Shown here: piece by piece, positions 1 to 13,431 of the stretch | How the letters are laid out: each line of letters starts with the position of its first letter | Position numbering within the stretch: position 1 is the first letter of the stretch | From: Octopus sinensis | Taxonomy: Eukaryota | DNA length: 42,493 nt | Assembly (NCBI RefSeq): GCF_006345805.1 | Contig: NW_021832316.1 | Location: 1-42,493 of the forward strand | Reading direction: 5' to 3' | Position numbers and translations under genes: made by a program | Notes under the pieces: generated by a model | Database searches by the model: none | Told to the model about the DNA's origin: nothing | What the model saw: only the letters and a program-made list of their open reading frames with translations

Positions 1-866
1 TAAATCACACGTGCACAACTAAAAAAGGTGAGGGCACGAGGTTTTGCATATAGCTAAAGAAAACTTGTCAGGATGGCAAACATCAGTTTATTGAAAAAAG
101 AAAGTGCACTGCATTGGAAATGGTCAGCAACATATATGTGTGTGTGTGTGTGTGTGAGTGAGTATATATGTATGCGTATATACATATATTTGCATATACA
201 TATTTATGCATATACACATAAATATAAAAGCATATACAGATACATATACATATACATACACACAATAAATTCAGGATGAATACTTGATAAGTGTAAGCAC
301 CTGTATATGCCAGCTAGTAGCATAGGTGAGAGGATATATGTATCAAATGAAATAAAAAACAGAACACAAAGGATGTCGCAGTACATATGTTTTGAGCTTT
401 ATAAAACAACTTATTCTTACATCAATGTATAATCGACATGCATATATATGCATACACATATATATATATGTACATAATATATGCATGTACATATATAGAT
501 CTATACACATAAATGTGTAACGGTGTCTGTCTGTGCGAGTGCTTGGGGTAATGATTTCAATGAGTTTTGGCATGCCATGAATTTTTATATATATATATAT
601 ATATACATATAATATATATATACATATATATATTATATATATATATATACATATATATATATCTATTATACATATATAAATATACATACATATATATATA
701 CATATATATATATACGCATATATATTTATATGTATTATATGTATATCTATATATATATAGTTATATATATGTATATGTATATATGTTTATATATGCACCT
801 ATGTATATATATGTACAAATTTTGAATAAAGAAAGCAAGTGATCAAATGTTATATTTAATTGAAAT

Positions 867-2075
867 TTAATCATCAATGTACTTTCCCTGATTATCTATG
901 ACTTCCTTCCATCTACTTACAAGCTTTTTAATCCCATCAATGTAAATCTCTTTAGGTCTCAAAGCGAAGAACTCTGAAATGTCAGTTTTGACCTCCTCCT
1001 GGCTTGCCAAAGTTATGTCTCCCAAATTATTTTGGAAACTATGAAACAAATGGTAGTCTGAAGGAGCAAGGTCGGGAGAATAAGGTGGATGAGGAATTTT
1101 TCCCAACCAAGCTCTTCGATCTTCTGTGATGTGATCTTTGCAGTGTGGGGTTGCGCATTGTCCAGATGAAACATCACTCCCTTTCGATACACTAAGGCAG
1201 GTCTTTTTTTCTTCAAAGCTTGGTTCAGACACTCTAATTGCTGACAGAAGACTTGAGCATTGATTGTTGAATTAGATGGTAACAATTCAAAGTGAATTTC
1301 TCGTTGGCAATCTCACCAGATAGAGAGAAGAACATTTTCCCCATGAAGTTACCTTCTCAGTTGTGGTTGAGGTTTTCCCTTTCTCCAAGCCACTGTTTAC
1401 GATGTTTAACATTTCAATAGAAGATCCATTTTTTGTCACTAGTCACAAGTCTATCCAAAAAGAGTGAAATGAGTTCATGAGAATGGAGAGAAGAGCAAAT
1501 GTCAACTCAGGATTTGCAGTTCCTTTTGGGCAATTCATGAGGCACCCATTTTCCAAGTTAGGTACCTTTCCAAGTTGTTGAAGATGACGATGAACAGTTG
1601 TATGGTTTGAACTAAGCTTTATTGCCAATTCTTCAACTGATAATGCAGGATTTTCTTCAAGTAATGCCTCAAGGAGCTTGTCATCAAACTCAACTGGATA
1701 TCTTGTTCGATCTTCATCTTCAAAGCTGAAATCTCCACTTCTGAATTTTGCAAACCACCTTCTGCAAGTTCTTTCATTCAATCATTCTTTCCCATAAACT
1801 GAGTGCATGTTTTGAGTCGCTTCGGCTGCAGAGTTTCCTGTTTTGTACTCATGAAGCATTATGTGCCTCAAATGATCTTTGGATACTTCCATATTAGAAA
1901 GGGTTTTAATCAGAAAAATTTTAATTCTATTATACTGTAAAAATTATTTAATTAGTTTAAATGTACACAAATGCATAAAAATAATTTTTAATCCTATTAC
2001 ACATTCTAAAATAAAATTCAATTTCATTCAATTTTAAAAATGGTAAAATCAGACAAAACTTGTGCAATCATCTGA
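867..2075 (-). mobile_element. Decayed mariner (D,D34D) DNA transposon, transposase pseudogene
   Basis: Across stops and frameshifts the minus strand reads MEVSKDHLRHIMLHEYKTGNSAAEA (ATG at 1892), TCRRWFAKFRSGDFS, GKWVPHEL (~1531-1555), FHLDNAQPH, PHPPYSPDLAPSDYHLF and RWKEVIDNQGKYIDD*. A degenerate TIR-like end with TA lies near 2050-2077; no clear second TIR. Confidence 0.93.
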
Positions 2076-2226
2076 TATATATGCATGTATCTATATATAT
2101 ACATATATACATTCATACATACACAAACATACATATATATATATATATATACACACATACATATATACATACATATAAATATATACACACGCATACATAT
2201 ATATATACATACATATATATATATAC

Positions 2227-2264
<38 letters not shown>

Positions 2265-2871
2265 GTATCTATATATACATACATATATATACATATATCT
2301 ATATCTATATCTATATACATACATATATATACATATATCTATATCCATACATATATATACATACATATATATAAATACATATATATATATAAATACATAT
2401 ATGAATATACATACATAATTATACACATAAATCTCTATATATTATATATACACACATAAATATACATATATAAATGTACATGTATATAAATATATACATA
2501 AATATATATGCATATATATACATACATATATATATACACACATATATATATACATACATATATATATACATACATATATATACTTATATATACATATATA
2601 TATATACATACATATACATATATAAATGTACATATATAAGTATACCTACCAGTTTTTAAACATCTTACATGCTTGTGTTCTAATTTGTGAATTATTATTC
2701 CTTTATACCATATCGTGTGAATATATAATTCACTATGTCTTATATCATATCAACGCTTTTTATATCTATTTACGTGTTTGTATACTCCTAAAATACCTAC
2801 CTATTTTTAAATATTTGCGTGCTTTTAAATATTAACTATTTACGTGTTTACATGCTTGTATGTTTTTAATA

Positions 2872-3012
2872 TTAGGTTGTCCCAAAAGCTCGTAAACACT
2901 TGCAAAAATTGAATTTTTACTCACCAAGTACTAACAAAAACAACAAAAATTATTCCTCAAAATAAAGACCATTATTTTCCAAGACTTTCTACGAACTTTT
3001 GGGACAACCTTA
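2872..3012. mobile_element. ~140-bp mariner-type MITE
   Basis: TIRs aggttgtcccaaaagctcgt (2874) and acgaacttttgggacaacct (ending 3010) differ by 1 mismatch in 20. TA on both flanks. The TTAGGTTG start resembles mariner TIRs. Confidence 0.75.
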
Positions 3013-3144
3013 TACTAATATTATTTCGAAGTTTTTATTGATTTATTTATTTCGAAGAAGTACATATATACTGAAAATTCTATGGGATAATAGGTATGTT
3101 CCCTCTCAGTTTTCCATTCGTATTGCCTCCATTCAAATTACAAA

Positions 3145-3179
<35 letters not shown>

Positions 3180-3657
3180 TTATATATACTTCATATATAC
3201 ATATATATATATATAATATTATATATACATATATATATACATATGTATATGCATATATATATATATACATATGTATATGCATATATATATATACGCATAT
3301 ATGTATAAATATATACATATATATATACATATATATATACACATATATATATACACACCTATAATCTATACACATATATATATAATATATATATACATAT
3401 ATACACTATATATATACATATATATATACATATATATACACCATATAGATATCATACATATATGTATAAAATACATATCATATATATATATATACATACA
3501 TATAATATATACATACATATATATATACATACATATATATATATACTCCTATATTAGTACTTATTAACATAATATATATACATACATATATCTACATATA
3601 TTATACATATATATATACTACATATTACATACATATATATATACATACATATATATC

Positions 3658-4537
3658 ATCATCATCATCATCATCATCATCGTTTAACGTCCGTTTTCCG
3701 CGCTAGCACGGGTGGACGTTTCGACCGGGGTCTGGGGAGCTCGGGACTGCCCCAGGCTCCAGTCTAGTCTGGCAGTGTTTCTACAGCTGGATGCCCTTCC
3801 TAACGCCACCCACTCCGAGTGTAGTGGGTGTTTTTTACGTGCCACCTGCACAGGTGCCAGAGGGGTCTGGCATCGGCCACGTCTGATGGTGCTTTTTTAT
3901 GGGGGGGGTGCAGAAATATAGGGGAGCACCAGTGGGAGGGGTGGTTCAGAGGACAGGTACTAGTCAGTAGAACGTAGGATTCGAGATAGGGGTATGCATG
4001 TGAATAGCGTATTGACAGAGGGGGTTCAAGAGTAGACACCTATAATGGTGGTGGGGTGCAGAAATATAGGGGGCAGCGTTTGAAGAGGGGGTCAAAGAGT
4101 AGACACCTATAATGTGGTGGGGTGCAAATATAGGGGAGCACCAGTGGGAGGGGGTGGGCACCAGTGGGAGGTGGTTTCAGAGGACAGTTCTAGGCAAGTA
4201 GAACGTAGGATATCGAGAGAGGGGTAATGCATTGTGAACTAGCGTATTGAAGAGGTGGAGGTTCAAAGAGTACACCTATAATGGTGGTGTGGGGATGCAG
4301 AAATATAGGGGACCCCAGTGGAGGGTGAGCACCAGTGGGAGGGTGGTCCATAGGACAGGTTCTAGGCAGTGAACGTAGGATATCGAGAGAGGGGTAATGC
4401 ATGGTGAAATAGCGTATTGAAGAGGGGGTTCAAAGAGTAGACACCTATAATGTGGTGGAGAAAACGACATCCAGTATGTTGGAGCAAAATAGAGATATCC
4501 GGTATTGGTGGTGGGGGTGGGTAGGGCGGGCGCGCCG
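3658..4537 (-). mobile_element. RTE-3'-end-type retroposon (family C, (GAT)n tail) with a G/C-rich 5' extension that is internally multimerised
   Basis: (cat)n-cgtttaacgtccgttttcc tail shared with other family C copies in the window. A near-identical inverted copy lies at 23430-23908. Confidence 0.75.
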
Positions 4538-5279
4538 CGAAGAATCGGCAGCCATTTCTATAAGGGAGATAGATCTTAAAATATCAATAACGATAACTAT
4601 TGAATTATACAGATATGCAAAACGGCGAGCGAGGCTGAAATAGTAAACAGAGTGGCGACAGGGGGGATCAGAATAATATAATTAATAAATAATAATAATA
4701 AATAGAGATACGGATATTAAAGTTCAAAGATTTCTTATCTTGAGATCACTTCGTTTACGGACAGACTTTGCAAAGGAATTCGGAATCAAGAATGAGGCAT
4801 TTGCTAGCTTAAGTATGCATAGCCATGGCGGGTGGTAGGAAGAGAGGAGTCAGACAGACGACAATGTAACAAGAGGGGGAGAGAGGAAGAGAAAAAAAAC
4901 CCCCGCGAAGAATCGCAGCCAATTTCTATAAGGGAGATAGATCTTAAAATATCAATACGATAACTAGTGAATTATACAGAATATGCAAAACGAGGCGAGC
5001 GAGGCTGAAATAGTAAACAGAGTGGCGACTAGGGGGATCAGAATAATAATAATTAATAAATAATAATAATAAATAGAGATACGGATGAATTAAAGTTCAA
5101 AGATTTCTTATCTTGAGATCACTTCGTTTACGGACAGACTTGGCAAAAGGAATTCGGAATCAAGAATGAGGCATTTTACTAGCTTAAGTATGCATAGCCA
5201 TGGCGGGTGGTAGGAAGAGAGGAGTCCAGACAGACGACAATGTAACAAGAGGGGGAGAGAAGGGAAGAGAAAAGAAAAC
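4535..5279. repeat. Direct tandem duplication, 2 x ~370 bp
   Basis: ccgcgaagaatcg...gaagagaaaa occurs at ~4535-4900 and ~4903-5279. The copies differ mainly by 1-bp indels. Confidence 0.9.
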
Positions 5280-5560
5280 ATATATATATACATACATATA
5301 TATATACATACATATATATATATATACATACATATATATATACATACATATATATATACATACATACATACATATATAAATACATACATATATATATATA
5401 CATACATATATATATACATACATATATATATACATACATATATAAATACATCATATATATAATACATACATATATAATACATACATATATAAATACATAC
5501 ATATATATATACATACATATATATATATACATATATATATATATACATATATATATATAC

Positions 5561-5591
<31 letters not shown>

Positions 5592-5608
5592 CATATACAT
5601 ATATATAG

Positions 5609-5636
<28 letters not shown>

Positions 5637-5640
<4 letters not shown>

Positions 5641-5905
5641 TGCCTAGGCTGGCTTCCGTGCCGGTGGCACATAAAAGCACCAACCGATCGTGGCTGATGC
5701 AGACCCCCCCCCCTGCACCTGTGCAGGTGGCACGTAAAAAGCACCCACTACACTCGCGGAGTGGTTGGCGTTAGGAAGGGCATCCAGCTGTAGAAACACT
5801 GCCAGATCAGACTGGAGCCTGGTGCAGCCCCTGGCTTCCCAGACCCCGGTCGAACCGTCCAACCTGTGCTAGCGTGGAAAACGGACGTTAAACGATGATG
5901 ATGAT
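5637..5905 (+). mobile_element. Family C retroposon (RTE 3'-end type)
   Basis: aagcacccactacactc...gttaggaagggcatccagctgtagaaac...cggacgttaaac(gat)n, repeated many times in the window. Confidence 0.8.
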
Positions 5906-5947
5906 GATATACATACATATATATATATATATACATACATATACATA

Positions 5948-5988
<41 letters not shown>

Positions 5989-6089
5989 ATATTTATAAAT
6001 ATATATATACATATATATATATGTATATACATATATATACATATATATATACACAGTATATATACATATATATATATATATACTAGAGT

Positions 6090-7290
6090 CTTTTTTGTGC
6101 ATCGCATAAAGGATTGTACAGCAGCTGACCTGGCTACACCGAGCACAAACAAGGAACCTTGCCCACCACTATGCAAGAGCACCACAGTGAACAGACATGG
6201 GACGGCCTCCCCTAAAGCCTGCATAGTCGTCACCCCAATATTTTTACTAAATATTGTGTGCCTGTTGTGTCACAACAACAAAAGCAAAATTTCTTTCCTG
6301 AGAGATCTTACTGCATGCAATCAAGCCCTATGCATAGCACTCATGGAAACTCACCTCAGCCTTGATATAGAGGATGCAGAAGTACACATACCAAACTATG
6401 CCATACTGCGAACAGACAGAGGGAAAAGGAGCGATGGTGGAGTTGCTGTATACATCCATGATGACCCCACACCTCAGGTCTTACTGTCATACTCAAATTC
6501 AGTATGTGACACACTAATTGTATACATAAGACAACATAATATAGCCATATGCAATACATATTGCCCACCGGATGCTCCAAATCACATAGGCAAGTTTGAA
6601 GATTGCCTCACAAGAAATAAAGAAATCTTCATGAATCTGGAACACCACGTGACCATATTTCTTATGGGTGATTTCAACTTCCCAAACATCAAATGGCTCG
6701 AAGATCTCAAAACTCTCAGGAATGACTCATTGCAAGCAAGTATAAGTGAGTCCCTGCTCAACCTCAGCAATGACCTATTCATGTAGCAAGCTGTACTCAG
6801 ACCAGCTAGGGTGAATAACATTCTGGATCTCTGCTTCACGAACAATATGGACATCATTCATGATGTGAAAGTGACACTGACATTAGTCTCGGATCACAAC
6901 ATAATAGAGCCGTCTATGTTTGGGCCGAAAGTAACTAGGGACATACAGCCTAAAGGAAGCACCTAAAATCTCTCCAATCTGAACTTCCACAAAGTAGATT
7001 GGAAATTGATCCAAAAAGAGATCCTCCGAGAGGACTGGCCGAAATGTCTCTCCACACCAGACATTGATATGAAACGAGAATTTTTTCTGTCTGTTGTGCA
7101 AGCCATATGCCAGAAATATGTCCCAGAGCACAAGGCCAACACAAATAGGAACATGATTTGAAGAGAGAGGAAGATCCTCATGAGACGATGGACGAAGGTT
7201 TAAAACTGACTCAACCAACATCCAAAAAGGAGCTAAATGTCCTACCTGAAAACAACACTGATGGAGATCGAAAAAAGGTTGCAACAATCA
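6090..7290 (+). mobile_element. CR1/L2-type LINE fragment (apurinic endonuclease region), decayed
   Basis: ORF 6097-6786 and its read-through carry APE motifs [36 protein letters not shown] and VSDHNII, with in-frame stops and frameshifts. Confidence 0.85.
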
Positions 7291-7789
7291 TATGTGCGTG
7301 TATATATGTATATATATATATATACATACATACATATATATATGTATATATATATATACACATACATATATATATGTATATATATATATACACATACATA
7401 TATATATATGTATATATATATATACACATACATATATATACGTACATATATATATATGTATATATGTGTTTTGCTAGAAATAGGCAGAAACTGATCAGTC
7501 CGAGGTGTAAAGTTATCGGTAAACGTTTTTGATTTTCACTCTCGATAAATTCATCCCCTTTGTGTTCCCAGCACTCGGCATCCTAATTTAGGAGCCCTTA
7601 ATTGTATTTCTACATGAACAATATTTTTCTATATGAATAATATTTTGTCTAATGACTAATTCGTCTTTTGTGCTGGGCACCTGGTAGTAACCAATATTAC
7701 TACCCCTCTTGTTTATATTTGTATATGTATATATATAGTATGAAGTCAGGAAAAGCCCCCGACCTATCTGGAAGCACCACTGGTGCCAT

Positions 7790-9530
7790 ATTCCTGGTTT
7801 CGACAACTGCAGGAGAAATACCTAGCTAAAGATTAACCCCTCTACTTAGCTTTTGTTGACTTGGAGAAAGCCTTTGACATAGTCCCTCAATCCCTTATCT
7901 TGTGGGAAATGCGGAAACTGGTGATAGACAAATGGTTAACAAGAGCTGTAGAGGCCGTTAGTAAGGTTAGGATTGGCAATGAGTATAGTGAGAATTCCAG
8001 GTAGAAGTAGGGGCCACCAAGGTTCAGCCCTCAGTCCCCTTTTATTCATCATAGTCCTCCAGGCAATAACAGAGGAATTCAAGATGGGTTGCCCCTGGGA
8101 GCTCCTCTATGCTGATGACCTGGCCCTCATAGCAGAATCACTTCCAGAACTAGAAAAGAAATTTCAGGTGTGGAAGCTAGATTTAGAATCAAAAGTGTAA
8201 ATGTAGCAAAGACCAAAGTTATAGTAAGTAGGAAGGCGAACTCATCACCCGCTCAGGTAAGTGGCCCTGCTCGATCTGTAGAAAAGGTGTAGGTAGAAAC
8301 TCCATAAGATGTACCCAGTGTAAGCTATGGATACATAAGAGGTGCAGCAACATTAACCGAGAAGATAGCTTTTATGTGCGGCAGATGCACAGGGGCAATA
8401 GACACCACAGATACTCAGAAAACAGATTCCATCACACTCCAGGGGAAGAAACTAGAAGTAGTTGATAGTTTCCGCTACCTAGGTAACCAAGTTAGAAGTG
8501 GAGGTGGATGCCCAGAAATTGTCACCACTAGAATATGAATAGCCTAGGCAAAGTTTAGAAAGCATCTACCTCTACTGGTGACAAAAGGTCTCTCGTTCAG
8601 AGGGAAAGGTAGATTGTACGACACATGGGTGCGAACTGCCATGCTTCATGGTAGTGAAACATGGGCTATTACTGCAAAAGACATGTGTAGACTTGAAAGA
8701 AATGAAGCTAGCATGATCCGCTGGATGTGTTATGTCAGCGTTCACACATAACAGAATGTAAGTGCCCTGAGAGAAATGCTGGACATAAGAAGCATTGGAT
8801 GTGGTGTACAAGAGAGACATTTGCGCTGGTATGGTCATGTACGATGGATGCATGAGAAGAGATGTGTGAAGAAGTGCCACTCCTAAACAGTTGAAGGTGT
8901 CCGGGGTAGAGTTAGACCCAGGAAGACACGAGATGAGGTGGTCAAGCATGACTTTCGAACGTTGGGCCTCACAGAGGCAATGACGAAAGACCAAGATCTC
9001 CGGAGATATGCTGTGACTGTGAAGACCCAACATTTAATGCGAGTTCATGGCTGTTTCTTGCACCAGTTTCGCATAGAAGCCCCAGCCCATCCAAAGTACC
9101 TTGAATCGCAGAACGGCCTGCTGTGCTTACCTTGGATTGTAGGGTGACCTGCTGTGCTTGAAGAGACCTACTGAGTCAAGTACATCAACATCAAAATAAA
9201 AAATCGAATGGAATTTGCAGTTGTGATTCCCATGCTGGTGGCACATAAAAAGCACCATCCAAACATGTTAGCATCACCTTGACTGGCTTGTGTGCCAGTG
9301 GCATGTAAAAAGCACCAACTGATCATGGCTGCTACCAGCCTCACCTGGCACCTATGCCGGTGGCATGTTAAAAGCACCAACCAATCGTGGCCGCTGCCAG
9401 ACTCCCTTGGCACGTAAAAAGCACCCACTACACTCATGGAGTGGTTGGCATTAGGAAGAGCATCCAGCTGTAGAAACACTGCTAGATCAGACTGGGCCTG
9501 GTGCAGCATCCTGGCTTCTCAGACCCCGGT
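7790..9530 (+). mobile_element. 5'-truncated RTE-clade LINE (reverse transcriptase to 3' UTR), decayed
   Basis: AFVDLEKAFD, GHQGSALSPLLFIIV, LLYADDLAL, NVAKTKV, FRYLG, MLHGSETW, RNEASMIRWMC and LRWYGHV in broken frames. Runs into the family C 3' sequence, linking family C to RTE 3' ends. Confidence 0.9.
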
Positions 9531-10286
9531 TGTGTATATATATATATGTATATTATATATATATATATATATATATATGCATATATATATATATATATGC
9601 ATATATGCATATATATATATATGCATATATATATATACATATATGCATATATATGCATATATATATGCATATATTATGCATATATATATATACATATATG
9701 CATATATATGCATATATATATATATATGCATATATATATATACATATATATATATGCATATATATGCATATATATATATGCATATATATGCATATATATG
9801 CATATACATATATATATGCATATATATATATACATATATATGCATATATATGCATATATTATATTACATATATATGCATACATATACTTATATATGCATA
9901 TATATACATATATGCATATATATACATATATATAATATACTTATATATATATACACAATATATACATATATATACATATACATAATATATATACGTATAC
10001 AGACATATATATACACATATACATACATATATATATATGTTTATTTACACACACACACACGCTTATATATATATATATTATATATATATATAATATATAT
10101 ATATATATGCATATATATATTATATATATATATATATATGCATCTATATGCATATATATATATATATGCATATATATATATATATATATGCATATAATGC
10201 ATATATATTATATATGCATATATATATATATATGCATATATATATATATATGCATATATATATATATATATTATATATGCATATAT

Positions 10287-10324
<38 letters not shown>

Positions 10325-10531
10325 TATGCATATATATATACATATATATGCATACATATACTTATATATGCATATATATATATATATGCATATACATATA
10401 TATATATACTTATATATATATACACATATATATACATATATATACATATACATAATATATATACGTATACAGACATATATATACACATATACATACATAT
10501 ATATATATGTTTATTTACACACACACACACG

Positions 10532-10569
<38 letters not shown>

Positions 10570-10630
10570 GTTCACACAAACACATATATACATATATATA
10601 TAGATATACATATACACACATATTTCATAT
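9531..10630. repeat. Compound (TA)n/(TATATATGCA)n/(CATA)n microsatellite field
   Basis: Directly visible. It is the source of the many Y/I/H/M/C-rich spurious ORFs. Confidence 0.95.
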
Positions 10631-11017
10631 ATAGTTGTTATTAGTTAAATTAATTTTAATCCTGTTTGCTTTGTTACAAAGAGATTTATATAAAGCTTTA
10701 ACTTTCAGTCCAGTCATTACTATGGAAGACTGGTGGGATTACCATTCATATGGACTTAAAATTAATCACGATTTAGCATACAATTTATTTACTGCAGTTT
10801 ACTCTATTACCGATACAATATACAATGTTTTATATTGTTCTTTGTTGAGGTTTTATTAGGGCTTAATCCTGCCTAGAAATTGATTGAATGAATGTGATTA
10901 TTAAGCTTTTTGACTTTTATGTTATACTATGGAAGACAGTAGGGATTATAATTATTGTATGACTTAATAGATTTGTCTCTGTTTTGTTACATATTTAGGA
11001 GTTTGTTGAAATTCAGT

Positions 11018-11432
11018 TACTCTTTACTCTTTTACTTGTCTCAGTCATTTGACTGCGGCCATGCTGGAGCACCGCCTTCAGTCGAGCAAATCGACCCCAG
11101 GACTTATTCTTTGTAAGCCTAGTACTTATTCTATCAGTGTATTTTGCCGAACTGCTAAGTTACGGGGACATAAACACACCAACACCAATTGTCAAATGGT
11201 GTTGGGGGACAAACACAGACACACAAACATATACATACATACATACATACATACATACATACATACATACATACATACGATGGGTTTCTTTCAGTTTCCG
11301 TCTACCAAATCCACTTACAAGGCTTTGGTTGGCCTGAGGCTATAGTAGAAGACACTTGCCCAAGGTGCCATGAAGTGGGACTGAACCCGGAACCATGTGG
11401 TTGGTAAGCATGCTACTTACCACACAGCCACT
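11018..11432 (-). mobile_element. SINE family A (tRNA-like head, internal microsatellite, gtaaaagag tail)
   Basis: Head gagtggctgtgtggtaag...ggttccgggttcagtccc, core ccaaagccttgt(g/a)agtggatttggtagacggaaactgaaagaa. About 10 copies in the window. Resembles described Octopus tRNA-derived SINEs (OK/OR1/OR2); the exact family is not assigned. Confidence 0.85.
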
Positions 11433-11984
11433 CTACAAATTTGGGATATTTACCAATAGCTAAGCATCTCCTATTTCAGGATAACCTCATGGTATTGTAT
11501 ACACAGAAAAAATTAAATAGAATAATTAAAATAACATAGAATAAAATTAGTTAAATATATCTTATGTGTTATTAATATGTGGGGAAAGAAGATGGTACAA
11601 GTAATTGCTACACTTTTTTCTGTGCTGGTGGGGTGTAGATTAAGGCTATACTTCTTTTTTAATTATCTTTTTATTTCCAGTTTTCTCTGTTATAATATGA
11701 AACAGCATAGTCAGGGGACCATGGAGTTTTGTATAAAAATGGAGAACAGGACTTCTTTTTTTTTAAGATAAAAAACAAATAAAGAAAAAAAAACAAATAA
11801 AGAGAAGAGAGAGAGAACAGGATGAATAAAAGTAAAGAAATAGAAGAAAATAAAATAAACTACATGCTTAATCATCAATCACTCATAAAATCATAATACA
11901 GTTCAACAAGAAGTAACACTAGAGGACTACCATGTGTTTACAAACTCAAGGTAGAGCCTCCATTTTTTATAAAATTCATCTTAC

Positions 11985-12149
11985 ACCCACTACACTCTCG
12001 GAGTGGTTGGCATTAGGAAGGACATCCAGCTGTAGAAACTCTGCCAGACCAGATTGGGGCCTGGTGCAGCCATCTGGCTTGCCAGACCTCAGTCAAACCG
12101 TCTAACTCATGCCAGCATGTAAAGCAGATGTTAAACGATGATGATGATG

Positions 12150-12150
<1 letters not shown>
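11985..12150 (+). mobile_element. Family C retroposon, short 3' fragment
   Basis: cacccactacactctcggagtggttgg...gttaaac(gat)n. Confidence 0.75.
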
Positions 12151-12247
<97 letters not shown>

Positions 12248-12332
12248 GCATCACTGGGGTCGAAGTGATTGACTAATATACCTTCCCCAAATTTCAGGCC
12301 TTATGCCTGTAGTAGAAAGATTATTATTATTA

Positions 12333-12552
12333 AAGCGGTGACCTGGCGGAATCGTTAGCACAACGGGCAAAATGCTAAGCGGCATTTTGTCCATCTTAAT
12401 GACATTCTGAGTTCAAATTCTGCTGAGGTCAACTGTGTCTCTCATCATTTTTGGGTCAATAAAATTAAGTACCAGTGAAACAATGGGATCGATATAATCA
12501 ACAACAATCCCCCTCCCCACAAAATCCAGGCCTTGTGCCTATAGTAGAAAGG

Positions 12553-12555
<3 letters not shown>
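12333..12555 (+). mobile_element. SINE family B (tRNA-like head)
   Basis: aaggcggcgagctggcagaatcgttagc-type head, B-box-like gagttcaaattc, core catc..ttggggtcaataaaattaagtaccag, (tta)n tail. Confidence 0.8.
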
Positions 12556-12588
<33 letters not shown>

Positions 12589-12589
12589 G

Positions 12590-13118
12590 AGTGAGAGAGC
12601 AGTGCATGCCATCAAAGTGACACTGGAGTAAAATATATGAAGCCCAGTATATAAGGGTACACTAGGCACATGCATCACAACCATATGTGCGTGACATGGT
12701 GATCTCATATCAAGATAAACAGCACATGACCTTGCAGGTGGGGCCCAGTTAGAATTTTCATCTGGTCGACCTACCCACCCACTCAAAAGGTCCCTGAACA
12801 AGGGCTGTTTAAGAATGTTGAATGAAACAACCATGTTTCCAGAGGTGAATTATCCAAACCCCAACGAATTCTTCTCAGCACATGGCTATGATGCTCCCCC
12901 ACTACTTCTGCTCGTGATCAGAGATGCACATATCGTCAACCACTAAGGGACATGCTCAACTGGTTAAGGTCAAACAACTGACAAGCAAATCTGTGGTATT
13001 GAGCAGAATATTTGCTGTAGCCCATCTTTTATACCAGACAAACATGTACATGATAACACTTCCAATCAGTTAAGATCAGAAGCATGAGAGCCACTGCCTG
13101 GTACTGCATCAAGGCATT
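12590..13118 (-). other. Unclassified ~530-bp non-low-complexity segment ending in an (AAT)n tail on the minus strand, probably a dispersed repeat
   Basis: Single copy in the window, no ORF, sits between SINEs and ends in a retroposon-like simple-repeat tail. Repeat status cannot be shown from this window alone. Confidence 0.3.
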
Positions 13119-13140
13119 TATTATTATTATTATTATTATT

Positions 13141-13372
13141 AAGGCGGTGAGTTGGCAGAATCGTTAGCACGCCAGGGCAAATGCTCAGCAGCATTTCGTC
13201 TGCCGTTACGTTTTGAGTTCAAATTCTGCCGAGGTCAACTTTGCCTTTCATTCTTTCGGGTTGATAAATACAGTACTAGTTTCGCACTGGGGTTGATGTA
13301 ATCGACTTAATCCCTTTGTCTGTCCTTGTTTGTCCCCTCTATGTTTAGCCCCTTGTGGGTAATAAAGAAATT
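13141..13372 (+). mobile_element. SINE family B monomer
   Basis: aaggcggtgagttggcagaatc...gagttcaaattc...gtgggtaataaagaaat. Confidence 0.85.
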
Positions 13373-13396
13373 TATTATTATTATTATTATAATTTT

Positions 13397-13431
<35 letters not shown>

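Noticed and set aside
6170-6230. Minus-strand [13 protein letters not shown], superficially like the missing SYRGRSCPIxVHCS exon
   Set aside because: It is followed by a stop, lacks proper splice sites, and lies antisense within the CR1/L2 relic.
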